The notes below the pieces were generated by a model. That model saw nothing but the letters and a program-made list of their open reading frames with translations, was not told the DNA's origin and made no database searches. A DNA stretch of 64,000 nt from Gammaproteobacteria bacterium (GTDB taxonomy: Bacteria; Pseudomonadota; Gammaproteobacteria; Ga0077536), in NCBI GenBank assembly GCA_021773835.1, contig JAJFJQ010000035.1, positions 183,213 to 247,212 of the forward strand, in the 5' to 3' direction. Positions 30,318 to 40,363 of the stretch are shown one piece after another. Each line of letters opens with the position of its first letter. Position 1 is the stretch's first letter. Position numbers and translations under genes: made by a program.

Positions 30318-31238
30318 ATGGGATCACTAGCTGCTCATAGACTTGTTACCGCAGCGATCGTGCTTCTCGGTGTCTCGTCGATTACCTTTTTCCTACTGCA
30401 TTTAGTTCCAGGTGATCCGGTGGAGGTGATGTTGGGCGAATCGGCAAATATCGCTGATCGCGCACAACTTCGCGCCGAGCTTGGGCTCGATGCTCCGCTC
30501 CTTCAACAGTGGATGACGTTTCACAAAGGCTTGCTGACATTCGACTTTGGCAGCTCGCTGTATTCGAAAAAACCGATCGCGGCAGTGCTCGCAGAACGTA
30601 TCCCGTGGACGTTAATTCTCGCGGTTGCCAGTCTCTGCATCGCGATTCTTATCGCAGTCCCTTTGGGTGTGTTGGCTGCGTTGAGACCAAATACGTTGTG
30701 GGATTCGGTCGCCGCGACTGTGTCTCTACTCGGCGTATCGATTCCGAATTTTCTGCTCGGGCCGCTGCTGATCATTATATTTTCTATTGGACTCGGCTGG
30801 TTCCCCGTGAGTGGAACGGAGCGCATCACCTCGATCGTGCTACCCGCATTGACGCTCGGCGCATCATTGGCTGCGATACTGTCGCGCATGATTCGGGCGT
30901 CGTTGCTTGAGGTGTTGTCGGAAGAATATATCGTCTCGGCCCGGGCGCGAGGCCTTGGCGCGCTAGTGGTCGTCGGCTATCACGCGATGCCGAACGCCGC
31001 GCTTCCGATTTTAACGATTTTAGGTCTCCAACTCGGTGCGTTGTTAGGTGGCGCCGTAATTACCGAGATGATTTTCGCGTGGCCGGGAGTCGGGCAATTG
31101 ACAATTGAGGCGATACAGCGTCGTGATTATCCTTTGGTGCAGGCATGCGTGTTGGTTATTAGTTTTGCCTACGTAGCGGTCAACACGCTCACTGATCTCG
31201 TCTATGCCCGCGTTGATCCACGGATCAGGATGCAGTAG
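30318..31238 (+). CDS. Peptide/nickel ABC transporter permease (DppB/OppB-like)
   Basis: PGDPVE.MLG, EAA loop EEYIVSARARGL and E.IFAWPGVG......I.RRDYP.VQ. Confidence 0.93.
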   Translation: MGSLAAHRLVTAAIVLLGVSSITFFLLHLVPGDPVEVMLGESANIADRAQLRAELGLDAPLLQQWMTFHKGLLTFDFGSSLYSKKPIAAVLAERIPWTLILAVASLCIAILIAVPLGVLAALRPNTLWDSVAATVSLLGVSIPNFLLGPLLIIIFSIGLGWFPVSGTERITSIVLPALTLGASLAAILSRMIRASLLEVLSEEYIVSARARGLGALVVVGYHAMPNAALPILTILGLQLGALLGGAVITEMIFAWPGVGQLTIEAIQRRDYPLVQACVLVISFAYVAVNTLTDLVYARVDPRIRMQ

Positions 31239-32047
31239 TGCGGGTCGCGACAATAATGAGCATAGTGGTTGTCGGCTCATGGCTGACCGTCGCACTTCTA
31301 TCACCATTTGTCGTCGGAGAAGTCAACGCGATCAATCTCGAGCGCTTGTTCTCCGGACCGTCGAGCAGCGCGATATTCGGTTTTGATGATCTAGGCCGTG
31401 ACATCGGGCCGAGGATCCTCCGGGGTGCGACGGTATCTTGTACGGTTGCATTTTTTGTCGTCACCATATCAGTAGTGATCGGTACGACGTTCGGGATTTT
31501 TATTGCCTGGTACGGTGGCTTGGTCGATCTCATCGGTGTGCGTGTGATGGACGTGTTTCTTGCATTTCCGGGTATTTTACTGGCGATTGCATTGGCCGCG
31601 GTCCTAGGTCCAGGGGTCGAGAACGTTTTGATCGCTTTGTCGATTGTCAGCTGGGTGGGCTTTGCCCGCCTGAGCCGTGCGCAAACATTGAGTATTAAGC
31701 ATCGTGACCACGTCACCGTCGCTCAAGCGCTGGGTACGCCGGTATTCACCATATGTCGCCGTCACATTCTTCCCTTGATAGTGGCACCAATTATCGTTGA
31801 GGCGACGTTTGCCATTGCCGCTGTGATCATTGCGGAAGCTGGGTTGTCATTCCTCGGTCTGGGGGTGCAACCGCCGACCCCATCTTGGGGAGCGATGATT
31901 AAAGAAGGTACGCGATACCTATTGATCGCCCCGCATATGGCTCTTGGTCCGGGCTTGGCGCTGTTTTCTATCGTGATCGCCATCAACGCGCTCGGTGACC
32001 GACTCCGAGATAGCTTGCAAATCAAGCGCGGCGCGTTCCAAAATTGA
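31238..32047 (+). CDS. Peptide/nickel ABC transporter permease (DppC/OppC-like)
   Basis: FGFDDLGRD, D.FLAFPGILLAI, EAGLSFLGLGVQPP.PSWG and GDRLRD. Confidence 0.93.
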   Translation: MRVATIMSIVVVGSWLTVALLSPFVVGEVNAINLERLFSGPSSSAIFGFDDLGRDIGPRILRGATVSCTVAFFVVTISVVIGTTFGIFIAWYGGLVDLIGVRVMDVFLAFPGILLAIALAAVLGPGVENVLIALSIVSWVGFARLSRAQTLSIKHRDHVTVAQALGTPVFTICRRHILPLIVAPIIVEATFAIAAVIIAEAGLSFLGLGVQPPTPSWGAMIKEGTRYLLIAPHMALGPGLALFSIVIAINALGDRLRDSLQIKRGAFQN

Positions 32048-32078
32048 ACTCACTTCTCCCTCGGAGCGTGTAAGCAAC

Positions 32079-33137
32079 ATGACCCTTGGACCGTTGATGA
32101 CCGACTTTGATGGGCTTGAGTTGGATAGTGTCGATCGCGAAATATTGAGCCACCCCCTAATCGGGGGGGTCATTTTATTTTCACGTAATTATGCCGACCC
32201 CGAGCAGATCCGCGCGGTAACCGATGAGTTGCACGCGTTACGCTCTCCGGAGCTGTTGATTGCGGTTGACCACGAAGGCGGGCGAGTTCAGCGTTTTCGA
32301 AATGGCTTCACCGAACTACCAGCGGCTGCGATTATTGGCCGGGTGTACGACGACGACCCCGCCTTGGGCCTTGCATTTGCCGAACAATGTGGCTGGTTAA
32401 TGGCGGCGGAATTACGCAGCGTAGGTGTTGATTTCAGTTTTGCACCGGTGCTCGATCTCAGTAATCCGGCGAGCCGCATCATCGACGATAGGGCCTTCCA
32501 TCAAGACCCACATTGTGTGGCGCGGATTGCTCACGCGTACGTGAGAGGAATGCACAGTGCCGGTATGGCTGCAGTCGGAAAACATTTTCCCGGTCACGGT
32601 ACCGTAGCGGCCGATTCGCATTTGGAGTTGCCGGTCGATAAACGGAGTTATTACGATATCGCCAATAGCGACCTCATTAGCTTTCGCTTGTTAGCCCCGG
32701 ATATTGAAGGCGTAATGCCGGCGCACATTGTCTACCCTGAGGTCGACAATGAGCCGGCCGGTTTCTCGTCGGTCTGGGTGAAAAGCGTATTGCGTCAAGA
32801 GCTGGATTTTCAGGGGATTGTTTTCAGCGATGACCTTAACATGGCAGGGGCATCGGAAGTTGGTGGCGTCGTTGAACGCGCCTCCATAGCAATTTCCGCA
32901 GGTTGCGATGTCATTCTTCTGTGCAACGACAGGCCTGGCACTGAGCAATTACTTTCAAACTTTAGCGCACAAGTCGAACCAGTAACCCAGGTTCGGCTTA
33001 TGCGAATGCATGGCAAAGGCGAGCCCGGACACATCGAGGATCTCGCTGACGACGAGAGGTGGTTAACGGCTCGAACCCATATCGCTCAAGTTCATCAAAC
33101 ACGAATGCTCGACCTCGGCGACGATATGCTGGGTTAA
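32079..33137 (+). CDS. nagZ: Beta-N-acetylhexosaminidase
   Basis: Motifs GGVILFSRNY, VDHEGGRVQRFR, KHFPGHG...DSH and FSDDL.M.GA. Confidence 0.96.
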   Translation: MTLGPLMTDFDGLELDSVDREILSHPLIGGVILFSRNYADPEQIRAVTDELHALRSPELLIAVDHEGGRVQRFRNGFTELPAAAIIGRVYDDDPALGLAFAEQCGWLMAAELRSVGVDFSFAPVLDLSNPASRIIDDRAFHQDPHCVARIAHAYVRGMHSAGMAAVGKHFPGHGTVAADSHLELPVDKRSYYDIANSDLISFRLLAPDIEGVMPAHIVYPEVDNEPAGFSSVWVKSVLRQELDFQGIVFSDDLNMAGASEVGGVVERASIAISAGCDVILLCNDRPGTEQLLSNFSAQVEPVTQVRLMRMHGKGEPGHIEDLADDERWLTARTHIAQVHQTRMLDLGDDMLG

Positions 33138-33143
33138 CGAATA

Positions 33144-34067
33144 TTGAATTGCATCTATCGTCATATCCGTAAGCCTAGCTGTACTGGATTAATCCTTTTC
33201 TCCTTGAGTCTGTGCCAGCCGGCAGCGGCGCTTGATTGCACGAAACGTATGCAATCGGCGGCGCCATTTTCAGCCACGGAATTGACGCATGGCAATCTGT
33301 GGCGTGTTGAAACTAGCGACGGCAAGACCAATCACATTTTTGCGACCATACACCTATCGGATCCGCGCATCAGGCAATTGCAGCAGCACGTTGACGAAGC
33401 CCTGAACTCCAGTAATAGCTTCGGCATGGAGGTTGTGCTCGACCGTGATGCCCTCACATCGATGTCGAGTGCGATGCGGTTGGTTAATGGTCAAAGCTTA
33501 AAAATGCTACTTCAGCCGGAATTATTTGCCGCCACGGCGTTGCTGCTCGGTCGCTATGGGGTTCCTGTTCAGGCTACGGAGCGGCTGAAGCCGTGGGCGG
33601 CATTTGTTACCTTGTCACTGCCGCCCAGGCAGTCCGGCGTGCCGCTGGATATGATGCTTATGATCAAGGCGCAACGCGCTGGAATTCCCGTTTTCGGATT
33701 GGAAACCGTTGACGAGCAAATAGGGGTGTTCGACAACTTGAGCGATGCCGACGAAGTAGATTTACTGCGTGAATTGGTGTGCCACTACAACGAATATCAA
33801 TCCGACATTGCAACGATGACCGAACACTATATAGCTGAGGACTTGGATGCGGTGATGCAGATGGCGCTTCGCTACCGGTCGCCGTTGCAAGATCGATTTT
33901 TAGACGTATTATTGTGGCAGCGTAACCGCCGGATGGTTGCGAATATGGTGCCCCATTTAGAAACCGGTGGAACGTTCATCGCAGTCGGTGCCTTACACCT
34001 ACCAGGGCCCCGTGGCGTCCTAGACTTGCTCAGTAGACGCGGCTACACAATCGAAGCAATCCGCTGA
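33144..34067 (+). CDS. TraB/GumN family protein
   Basis: Signal peptide, ATIHLSD, GLETVDEQI, RNRRM and AVGALHL.G..G. Confidence 0.88.
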   Translation: MNCIYRHIRKPSCTGLILFSLSLCQPAAALDCTKRMQSAAPFSATELTHGNLWRVETSDGKTNHIFATIHLSDPRIRQLQQHVDEALNSSNSFGMEVVLDRDALTSMSSAMRLVNGQSLKMLLQPELFAATALLLGRYGVPVQATERLKPWAAFVTLSLPPRQSGVPLDMMLMIKAQRAGIPVFGLETVDEQIGVFDNLSDADEVDLLRELVCHYNEYQSDIATMTEHYIAEDLDAVMQMALRYRSPLQDRFLDVLLWQRNRRMVANMVPHLETGGTFIAVGALHLPGPRGVLDLLSRRGYTIEAIR

Positions 34068-34080
34068 TATAACTCCATCG

Positions 34081-34914
34081 ATGCAAATACCATTTACAAA
34101 AATGCACGGACTAGGGAATGATTTTGTCCTTCTGGATGAACGAGATTTCTCCTTCGGACTAAACGCTGCACAACTTGCGCTGATAGCCGACCGCCGATTT
34201 GGGATCGGTTGCGATCAGATCCTCACACTAGAAGCGTCGTCATTACCGGGAACACTTGGTCACTATCGAATTTTTAATGCCGACGGAAGTGAAGCAGAAC
34301 ATTGCGGTAACGGGGTTCGGTGCGTCGCGCACTACCTTCGTGATAGTGGAGACGTTCAAGGCGAGAAACTCGCATTGGAGGTTCGTGGGGCTGCTCTCGA
34401 ACTCACGTTCGAATCCGATGGGTTGGTTCGGGTAGATATGGGACCGCCCTCATTTGTGCCATCCGATATCCCAATTTCGACGGACACCATGGGACAGCGA
34501 TACGAAGTGGACGTTAATGGGGAGGCCTGTTCATTCGGTTGTGTCTCGATCGGCAATCCGCATGCGACGATGATTGTTGATGAAGTCGCCGTTGCCGACG
34601 TGATCGCAATCGGGTCGGCATTGCAAGATCATTGGTTTTTCCCACAAAAGGTTAACGTTGGATTCATGCAAGTTGTCGATCGTGACCGAATAAGATTGCG
34701 CGTTTTCGAGCGCGGCGTGGGGGAGACCTTAGCGTGTGGGACCGGCGCTTGCGCGGCAGTTGCGATCGGGGTGTTATGGGAGCAACTCGATGGCTCGGTC
34801 GATGTCGAGCTGCCGGGTGGCACTTTGCAAATTGAATGGTCTGGCATAGCTACGGACCCATTGTGGATGACGGGACCGGCCGAAACCGTATTCAAAGGTA
34901 TAATAGATCTATGA
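34081..34914 (+). CDS. dapF: Diaminopimelate epimerase
   Basis: Motifs FTKMHGLGNDF, EHCGNG.RC and ERGVGETLACGTGACA. Confidence 0.98.
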   Translation: MQIPFTKMHGLGNDFVLLDERDFSFGLNAAQLALIADRRFGIGCDQILTLEASSLPGTLGHYRIFNADGSEAEHCGNGVRCVAHYLRDSGDVQGEKLALEVRGAALELTFESDGLVRVDMGPPSFVPSDIPISTDTMGQRYEVDVNGEACSFGCVSIGNPHATMIVDEVAVADVIAIGSALQDHWFFPQKVNVGFMQVVDRDRIRLRVFERGVGETLACGTGACAAVAIGVLWEQLDGSVDVELPGGTLQIEWSGIATDPLWMTGPAETVFKGIIDL

Positions 34915-35633
34915 AACTGCAAGGTGATGATGAGGTAGGGGGCGTGCAAGCCAGCGTGAGTCCGGAGGTAGTCGCTGAGTATCTGCGAGCGCATCCGGAT
35001 TTTTTCGAAGTCTTTCCCGATGTGCTGCGCGAGATTGAGATAACGCATAGTGCAGGCGACGCAGTATCGTTGCTTGAACGGCAGGTTTCAGCACTGCGTG
35101 ACGACAATAGGCGAATGAAAGTTCGGTTTGAAGAACTTGTCGCGTTGGCAACGTCGAACGAGAATTTGATCAAACGTATTCACCAGCTCGCGCTTGCCTT
35201 GATGGAAGCGGCCGGTCCAGAGGCGATATTTGCGACCTTAAGCGGTCGTCTTGCCCAGGAGTTTGATGCGGATCGCGTGCGCACCGTCGTCTGTGCAAAT
35301 CCCGCGTTTGTGGATTCGAATTTGGTACCCGAATTTGTCGGAGCAAACTGGCCAGGTAGAACGCTATTCACCGATGTGCTGAATGCAAAGGCGCCGAAAT
35401 GCGGCGAATTGACCCAAGCTCAACGCGCCTCTTTGTTTCCGAGCGATACTGACGTAATCGGATCAGCAGCAGTCCTACCACTATCGGGTAAGGGATGGGA
35501 TGGGTTATTGATAATTAGTAGCGAAGATGCATCGCGATTTCGTCACGATATGGGGACTGACTTTTTGGCTTACCTGGGAGATATCGTTTCTCTCATCGTC
35601 GACCCCTGGGTCACAAGAGAAGAGCCGGGTTGA
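34911..35633 (+). CDS. DUF484 (YigA) family protein
   Basis: VAEYLRAHPDFF, AVSLLERQV..LR and F...MGTDFL.YLG; lies between dapF and xerC. Confidence 0.9.
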   Translation: MKLQGDDEVGGVQASVSPEVVAEYLRAHPDFFEVFPDVLREIEITHSAGDAVSLLERQVSALRDDNRRMKVRFEELVALATSNENLIKRIHQLALALMEAAGPEAIFATLSGRLAQEFDADRVRTVVCANPAFVDSNLVPEFVGANWPGRTLFTDVLNAKAPKCGELTQAQRASLFPSDTDVIGSAAVLPLSGKGWDGLLIISSEDASRFRHDMGTDFLAYLGDIVSLIVDPWVTREEPG

Positions 35634-36538
35634 TTGCAGCAAGCCGGCAAGCGCTGCTCGATGAGGTGGACGAGTTTCTCGTTACCTTGACAGGGCATTC
35701 TCGCAATACTCAAGTCGCTTACCGCCGGGATTTGAATCAGTTATCGACCTTCGTATCTGAAAACGATTTAACGCATTGGGGATCGGTTGATACGCAAGCA
35801 GTGCGGAGCTTCATTGCATTCCAGCACCGTAACGGCAAGAGCAGTCCGAGCCTAGCCAGGATGCTATCTTCAATACGCGCATTTTTTACTTACTTGGTTG
35901 ATCGCGGGCGCATGGATGGTAATCCGGCCAAGGATGTGCGAGCGCCAAAACAATCGCGACATCTGCCGAGCGCGCTGGATGTTGATCAAGCTGGAAAGTT
36001 GCTAGCGGCGAAGCCGCAAAGTTTTCTCGCGATACGTGATCTGGCGATGTGGGAATTAATGTACTCGAGCGGGTTAAGGGTATCTGAGTTGGTCGGCTTG
36101 GATTCAGGAGATCTGGATCCAAGTGATGGCCACGTCCGGGTAGTGGGGAAGGGAAATAAAGAACGCATCGTGCCGGTTGGCCGTATGGCCTGGGATGCGG
36201 TAAATAGATGGAAGCAATTTCGCCAAACCTGCATAAAAGATGACGTGACTGCGCTTTTCATCAGCCAGCGTGGAACGCGTTTAACACCGCGCTCAGTGCA
36301 AAAGCGGCTGCGCGCATGGGCACTTAAGCAAGGGCTTGAAACCCATGTCCATCCGCACATGCTTAGGCATTCGTTCGCAACACACATGCTGGAGTCGTCT
36401 GGAGATCTACGGGCCGTCCAAGAGTTGTTAGGCCACTCCAATATCGCTACGACTCAAATTTACACCCATCTAGACTTTCAGCATTTAGCAAAGGTCTATG
36501 ATGCGGCTCATCCGCGCGCGCGGCGCAAACCGCGCTAG
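35630..36538 (+). CDS. xerC: Tyrosine recombinase XerC
   Basis: [28 protein letters not shown] and LGH...[23 protein letters not shown]; chromosomal dapF context. Confidence 0.96.
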   Translation: MIAASRQALLDEVDEFLVTLTGHSRNTQVAYRRDLNQLSTFVSENDLTHWGSVDTQAVRSFIAFQHRNGKSSPSLARMLSSIRAFFTYLVDRGRMDGNPAKDVRAPKQSRHLPSALDVDQAGKLLAAKPQSFLAIRDLAMWELMYSSGLRVSELVGLDSGDLDPSDGHVRVVGKGNKERIVPVGRMAWDAVNRWKQFRQTCIKDDVTALFISQRGTRLTPRSVQKRLRAWALKQGLETHVHPHMLRHSFATHMLESSGDLRAVQELLGHSNIATTQIYTHLDFQHLAKVYDAAHPRARRKPR

Positions 36539-36569
36539 GCGAGTCGCAGCACCTTCGTCCGCTAGCAAA

Positions 36570-36595
36570 GCCGCGAATCTCGCGGCCTGTTGTGT
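36570..36595. terminator. GC hairpin after xerC, possible weak terminator
   Basis: GCCGCGA-atc-TCGCGGC stem with only a poor U-tract. Confidence 0.3.
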
Positions 36596-36699
36596 ACGTA
36601 ATATTGAGTCGGCGGCTTCAGAATACGCGCTGTTCAACTCCAGTAGGTACCTGGATTTCGTGTACAATTCGCCGTTCACTTGCACATGACACACGATTG

Positions 36700-37248
36700 A
36701 TGGAACGCATACGCTCTACAACTATTTTGTCGGTAAGACGCCCTGGACAGGTTGTGATCGGCGGCGACGGGCAGGTTACGCTCGGTGATACAGTGCTAAA
36801 GGGAAACGCGCGAAAAATTCGGCGCCTCTACCACGATAAAGTCCTTGCTGGATTCGCAGGCGGTACCGCGGATGCGTTTACTTTGTTTGAGCGTTTTGAA
36901 GCGAAGTTGGACAAGCATCAAGGCAATCTCTTGCGCTCGGCGGTGGAACTCGCGAAAGACTGGCGCACCGATCGATTGTTGCGGCGTCTGGAGGCATTGT
37001 TAGCAGTAGCCGACACGCAGAATTCACTGATTATCTCTGGGACGGGTGACGTAATCGAACCGGAACATGCGGTCATGGCGATCGGCTCGGGCGGCGCGTA
37101 TGCAACGGCGGCTGCACGGGCGATGTTGGAAAATACTGAACTCGATGCAGAGGACATTGTTCGCAAGGGCTTACAGATTGCGGCGGACATTTGCGTATAT
37201 ACGAACACCAACGTTGACGTTGAAACATTGCAAACGGACTCGGAATGA
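36700..37248 (+). CDS. hslV: ATP-dependent protease subunit HslV
   Basis: [21 protein letters not shown] and AIGSGG.YA; ATG 36700. Confidence 0.97.
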   Translation: MERIRSTTILSVRRPGQVVIGGDGQVTLGDTVLKGNARKIRRLYHDKVLAGFAGGTADAFTLFERFEAKLDKHQGNLLRSAVELAKDWRTDRLLRRLEALLAVADTQNSLIISGTGDVIEPEHAVMAIGSGGAYATAAARAMLENTELDAEDIVRKGLQIAADICVYTNTNVDVETLQTDSE

Positions 37249-37258
37249 TTCGAAAACT

Positions 37259-38584
37259 ATGACCTCATTAACACCGCAAGAGATCGTAGACCAGCTTGAC
37301 CACCACATTGTCGGACAGAGCGCTGCGAAACGTGCTGTGGCGATTGCATTGCGGAACCGGTGGCGGCGTGCTCAAGTTGAGCCCGGGCTGCGTAACGAAA
37401 TAACGCCCAAGAATATTTTGATGATCGGCCCTACCGGAGTCGGCAAAACGGAAATTGCGCGACGGCTGGCAAAATTGTCGGGAGCTCCGTTCATTAAAGT
37501 CGAGGCCACGAAATTTACGGAGGTTGGCTACGTTGGACGAGACGTCGAGTCAATCGTCCGAGATCTTGTCGATGTCGCAGTAAATTCCGAGCGTGATGGC
37601 GCCATGGACAACGTCCGCAAGCAAGCTGAAGATGCGGCGGAAGAACGGATTTTAGATGCGCTACTGCCGGGGCCGCGGATGGCCGGTGAGCCTGCAGAAA
37701 ACGAAGAATCTACGACCCGTCAGAAATTTCGAAAAATGCTGAGAGAAGGTGATCTCGATGATAAGGAAATAGACATTGAGCTTGAAGCAGCGAATATCGG
37801 CGTGGAAATCATGGCGCCCCCCGGCATGGAGGAGATGACGAACCAGCTCCAAGGAATGTTCCAAAATCTCGGGCAGGGTCGCAAACGGAGCCGGCGCATT
37901 GCGGTGGCGCATGCCCTACGACTGCTTAGTGAAGAGGAGGCGGGAAAGCTCATCAACGAGGATGACATTCGGGCGAGGGCACTTGAGAGCGTCGAACAAA
38001 ACGGCATTGTATTTCTCGACGAACTCGACAAAGTCGCACAACGCACCGGCGGCAGTGGGCCCGACATATCGCGCGAAGGGGTACAACGTGACCTGCTGCC
38101 TTTAGTGGAAGGCTGTACAGTGAATACGAAGCACGGAATGCTTAAAACGGATCACATTCTATTTATTGCCTCCGGCGCATTTCACTTGTCGAAACCTTCC
38201 GATTTGATCCCAGAGTTGCAGGGTCGCTTACCCAATCGAGTTGAACTCGGGCCCTTAGGTGTAGGTGATTTCATTCGAATACTGACGGAACCGGATGCAT
38301 CGCTGACCGAACAGTATCAGGCCTTACTGGCGACCGAAGGCGTCGATATTGAGTTTAGTGACGACGGTATCGCGCGAATTGCTGAGATTGCGCATCATGT
38401 AAATGAGCAAACCGAAAACATTGGGGCACGGCGCTTGCACACCGTAATGGAACGACTGCTTGAAGCATTATCGTTCACCTCGCCCAGTCTCCAGGGACAG
38501 ACAGTTACGATCGACTCGAACTATGTCGATCAACATCTGGGGGAATTCTTAAAGGACGAAGATCTCGCGCGTTATATTCTATAA
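37259..38584 (+). CDS. hslU: ATP-dependent protease ATPase HslU
   Basis: [31 protein letters not shown] and NIGARRLHT; ATG 37259. Confidence 0.98.
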   Translation: MTSLTPQEIVDQLDHHIVGQSAAKRAVAIALRNRWRRAQVEPGLRNEITPKNILMIGPTGVGKTEIARRLAKLSGAPFIKVEATKFTEVGYVGRDVESIVRDLVDVAVNSERDGAMDNVRKQAEDAAEERILDALLPGPRMAGEPAENEESTTRQKFRKMLREGDLDDKEIDIELEAANIGVEIMAPPGMEEMTNQLQGMFQNLGQGRKRSRRIAVAHALRLLSEEEAGKLINEDDIRARALESVEQNGIVFLDELDKVAQRTGGSGPDISREGVQRDLLPLVEGCTVNTKHGMLKTDHILFIASGAFHLSKPSDLIPELQGRLPNRVELGPLGVGDFIRILTEPDASLTEQYQALLATEGVDIEFSDDGIARIAEIAHHVNEQTENIGARRLHTVMERLLEALSFTSPSLQGQTVTIDSNYVDQHLGEFLKDEDLARYIL

Positions 38585-38595
38585 GAGTCTTGCCA

Positions 38596-38946
38596 ATGGC
38601 CACGCACACACCTACCAACATCGTTTTACACCAAACGTCGCGCGTTCTAGAACTCGAGTTCGATGACAACTCGAAATTCGAATTGCCGTGCGAGTTCCTG
38701 CGGGTGTACTCCCCGTCCGCCGAGGTTCGTGGTCATGGTCCCGGCCAGGGAACGCTACCAGTTGGAAAAGACAAGGTCGGCATAGATAACGTCGAACCAG
38801 TCGGAAATTACGCGATAAAACTCGAGTTCGATGATGGTCATAACACGGGGTTGTACTCGTGGGATTATCTGTACGAACTTGGATGTAATCACGAGCGCCT
38901 GTGGCACGAGTACCGTGAGAAGGTAAAGCAGCTCGGCCATGACTGA
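38596..38946 (+). CDS. DUF971 (gamma-butyrobetaine hydroxylase N-terminal-like) protein
   Basis: Motifs EFLRVYSPSAEVRGHG, VGNYA, FDDGH.TG.YSW.YL. Confidence 0.9.
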   Translation: MATHTPTNIVLHQTSRVLELEFDDNSKFELPCEFLRVYSPSAEVRGHGPGQGTLPVGKDKVGIDNVEPVGNYAIKLEFDDGHNTGLYSWDYLYELGCNHERLWHEYREKVKQLGHD

Positions 38947-39703
38947 GAAAAGCGCTGCCGATGAAAAGCTCGTCGACTTTGGGTTTGAGAGCGTCGGCGA
39001 GGCTGAGAAGACACAACGAGTAAAAGCGGTATTCGATTCCGTCGCACATAATTACGACGTGATGAACGACTTGATGTCGTTCGGTTTGCATAGGTTGTGG
39101 AAGCGTATTGCCGTAATGGCCACACATGCGCGCCCCGGGCACCAGATCCTCGATCTTGCCGGCGGTAGTGGCGATCTCAGTCGCTTATTTGCCCAGCGGA
39201 TCGGGGACAATGGGCTCGTCGTAATTTCGGACATCAATGGAGAAATGTTGAGCCGTGGTCGAGACCGGCTAATCGATAGCGGCTGCGGTAATAACCTAGC
39301 GATTGTGCAAGCCAATGCAGAATCTCTTCCATTTGAAGGAGGCAGATTCGATATTGTAACTATCGCCTTCGGACTGCGTAACGTGACAAATAAGGTTGCG
39401 GCGCTCGGTGAGATGCACCGAGTTTTACGCCCGGGAGGGCGGGCCCTAATCTTGGAGTTCTCCGAGCTAAAAATACCAGCCTTGCAAAAAGCCTATGACG
39501 CTTTTTCGTTTCGAGTGTTACCACGATTGGGCGAATGGGTGGCCAAAGACGGTGACAGCTATCGCTATCTCGCTGAATCGATCCGTGTCCATCCAAATCA
39601 AGAAACGTTGTTATCAATGATGCGGGCCGCCGGATTTGAGCGCACACGTTGTAGAAATTTAGCCGGCGGCATCGTCGCGCTACATGATGGAATGAGAATC
39701 TAG
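38939..39703 (+). CDS. ubiE: Ubiquinone/menaquinone C-methyltransferase
   Basis: Motifs VFDSVA..YD.MND.MS.G.HRLWK, LDLAGGSGD and YRYLAESIR.HP.QE. Confidence 0.97.
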   Translation: MTEKSAADEKLVDFGFESVGEAEKTQRVKAVFDSVAHNYDVMNDLMSFGLHRLWKRIAVMATHARPGHQILDLAGGSGDLSRLFAQRIGDNGLVVISDINGEMLSRGRDRLIDSGCGNNLAIVQANAESLPFEGGRFDIVTIAFGLRNVTNKVAALGEMHRVLRPGGRALILEFSELKIPALQKAYDAFSFRVLPRLGEWVAKDGDSYRYLAESIRVHPNQETLLSMMRAAGFERTRCRNLAGGIVALHDGMRI

Positions 39704-39706
39704 CAA

Positions 39707-40363
39707 ATGTTCCAACGGCGCGGCTTACGGCAGGATCCGGCTGGCATTGGCCACGAAAATCCACTGCTAGAGCGCTTGGGTGTGCTCCTAAATCGCGCTA
39801 TCGAACTCGATGAGAGGACTCGACATCGAATAACTGAACTTGGGAATTGCTCGATCGCGTTCAAACTTCGAGGTAGCGATGCGCGGATCTTAGTAACGAT
39901 CCTCAACGGCAACCTATCACTCTCGAGCGACCACGAGACCAAGCCCGATGTTCAAATTGAAGGTGGTCTGACGGATTTTATTGCCATGGCGAGAACGCAG
40001 CGCGATGGTACGACGCTCGCCGCGGGTAAGGTTGAAATCCAGGGCGATCTCGCTACCGCGCAGCTGATCCAATCCGTAATTGCTGAAGCGGCTTTCGACT
40101 GGGAAGAACTGATAGCGAGTAGAACTGGCGATGTGCTTGCACGGCAAATTGGGCGTGGCGTAAGGGGCGGGGTCAGCTGGATTCGCGCGACCGGAAAAAT
40201 CCTTGAGCGTGACCTCAGCGAATATTTGCGTTACGAGCAACGCCTGTTACCCACCGATCGTGAGATCGAACATTTTGTGCGCGAAGGTGCAGCGATTGTT
40301 GCCGGGGTTGAGCGCTTGCAAGCGAGAATTTCAAGAATTCAACGAAGACGGGAACAAACTTGA
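39707..40363 (+). CDS. ubiJ: Ubiquinone biosynthesis accessory factor (SCP2 domain)
   Basis: SCP2-like I.GDL..AQ, DWEE..A...GDV.A and EY...E..LLP; lies between ubiE and ubiB. Confidence 0.85.
   Translation: MFQRRGLRQDPAGIGHENPLLERLGVLLNRAIELDERTRHRITELGNCSIAFKLRGSDARILVTILNGNLSLSSDHETKPDVQIEGGLTDFIAMARTQRDGTTLAAGKVEIQGDLATAQLIQSVIAEAAFDWEELIASRTGDVLARQIGRGVRGGVSWIRATGKILERDLSEYLRYEQRLLPTDREIEHFVREGAAIVAGVERLQARISRIQRRREQT

Noticed and set aside
35630-36538. Tyrosine recombinase as a possible integrase or mobile element
   Set aside because: The XerC C-terminal signature and dapF-DUF484-xerC-hslVU context mark it as the chromosomal XerC; no att sites or cargo are seen.
36600-36699. Sigma32 promoter expected for hslVU
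   Set aside because: No CTTGAA-N13-15-CCCCAT match is visible.
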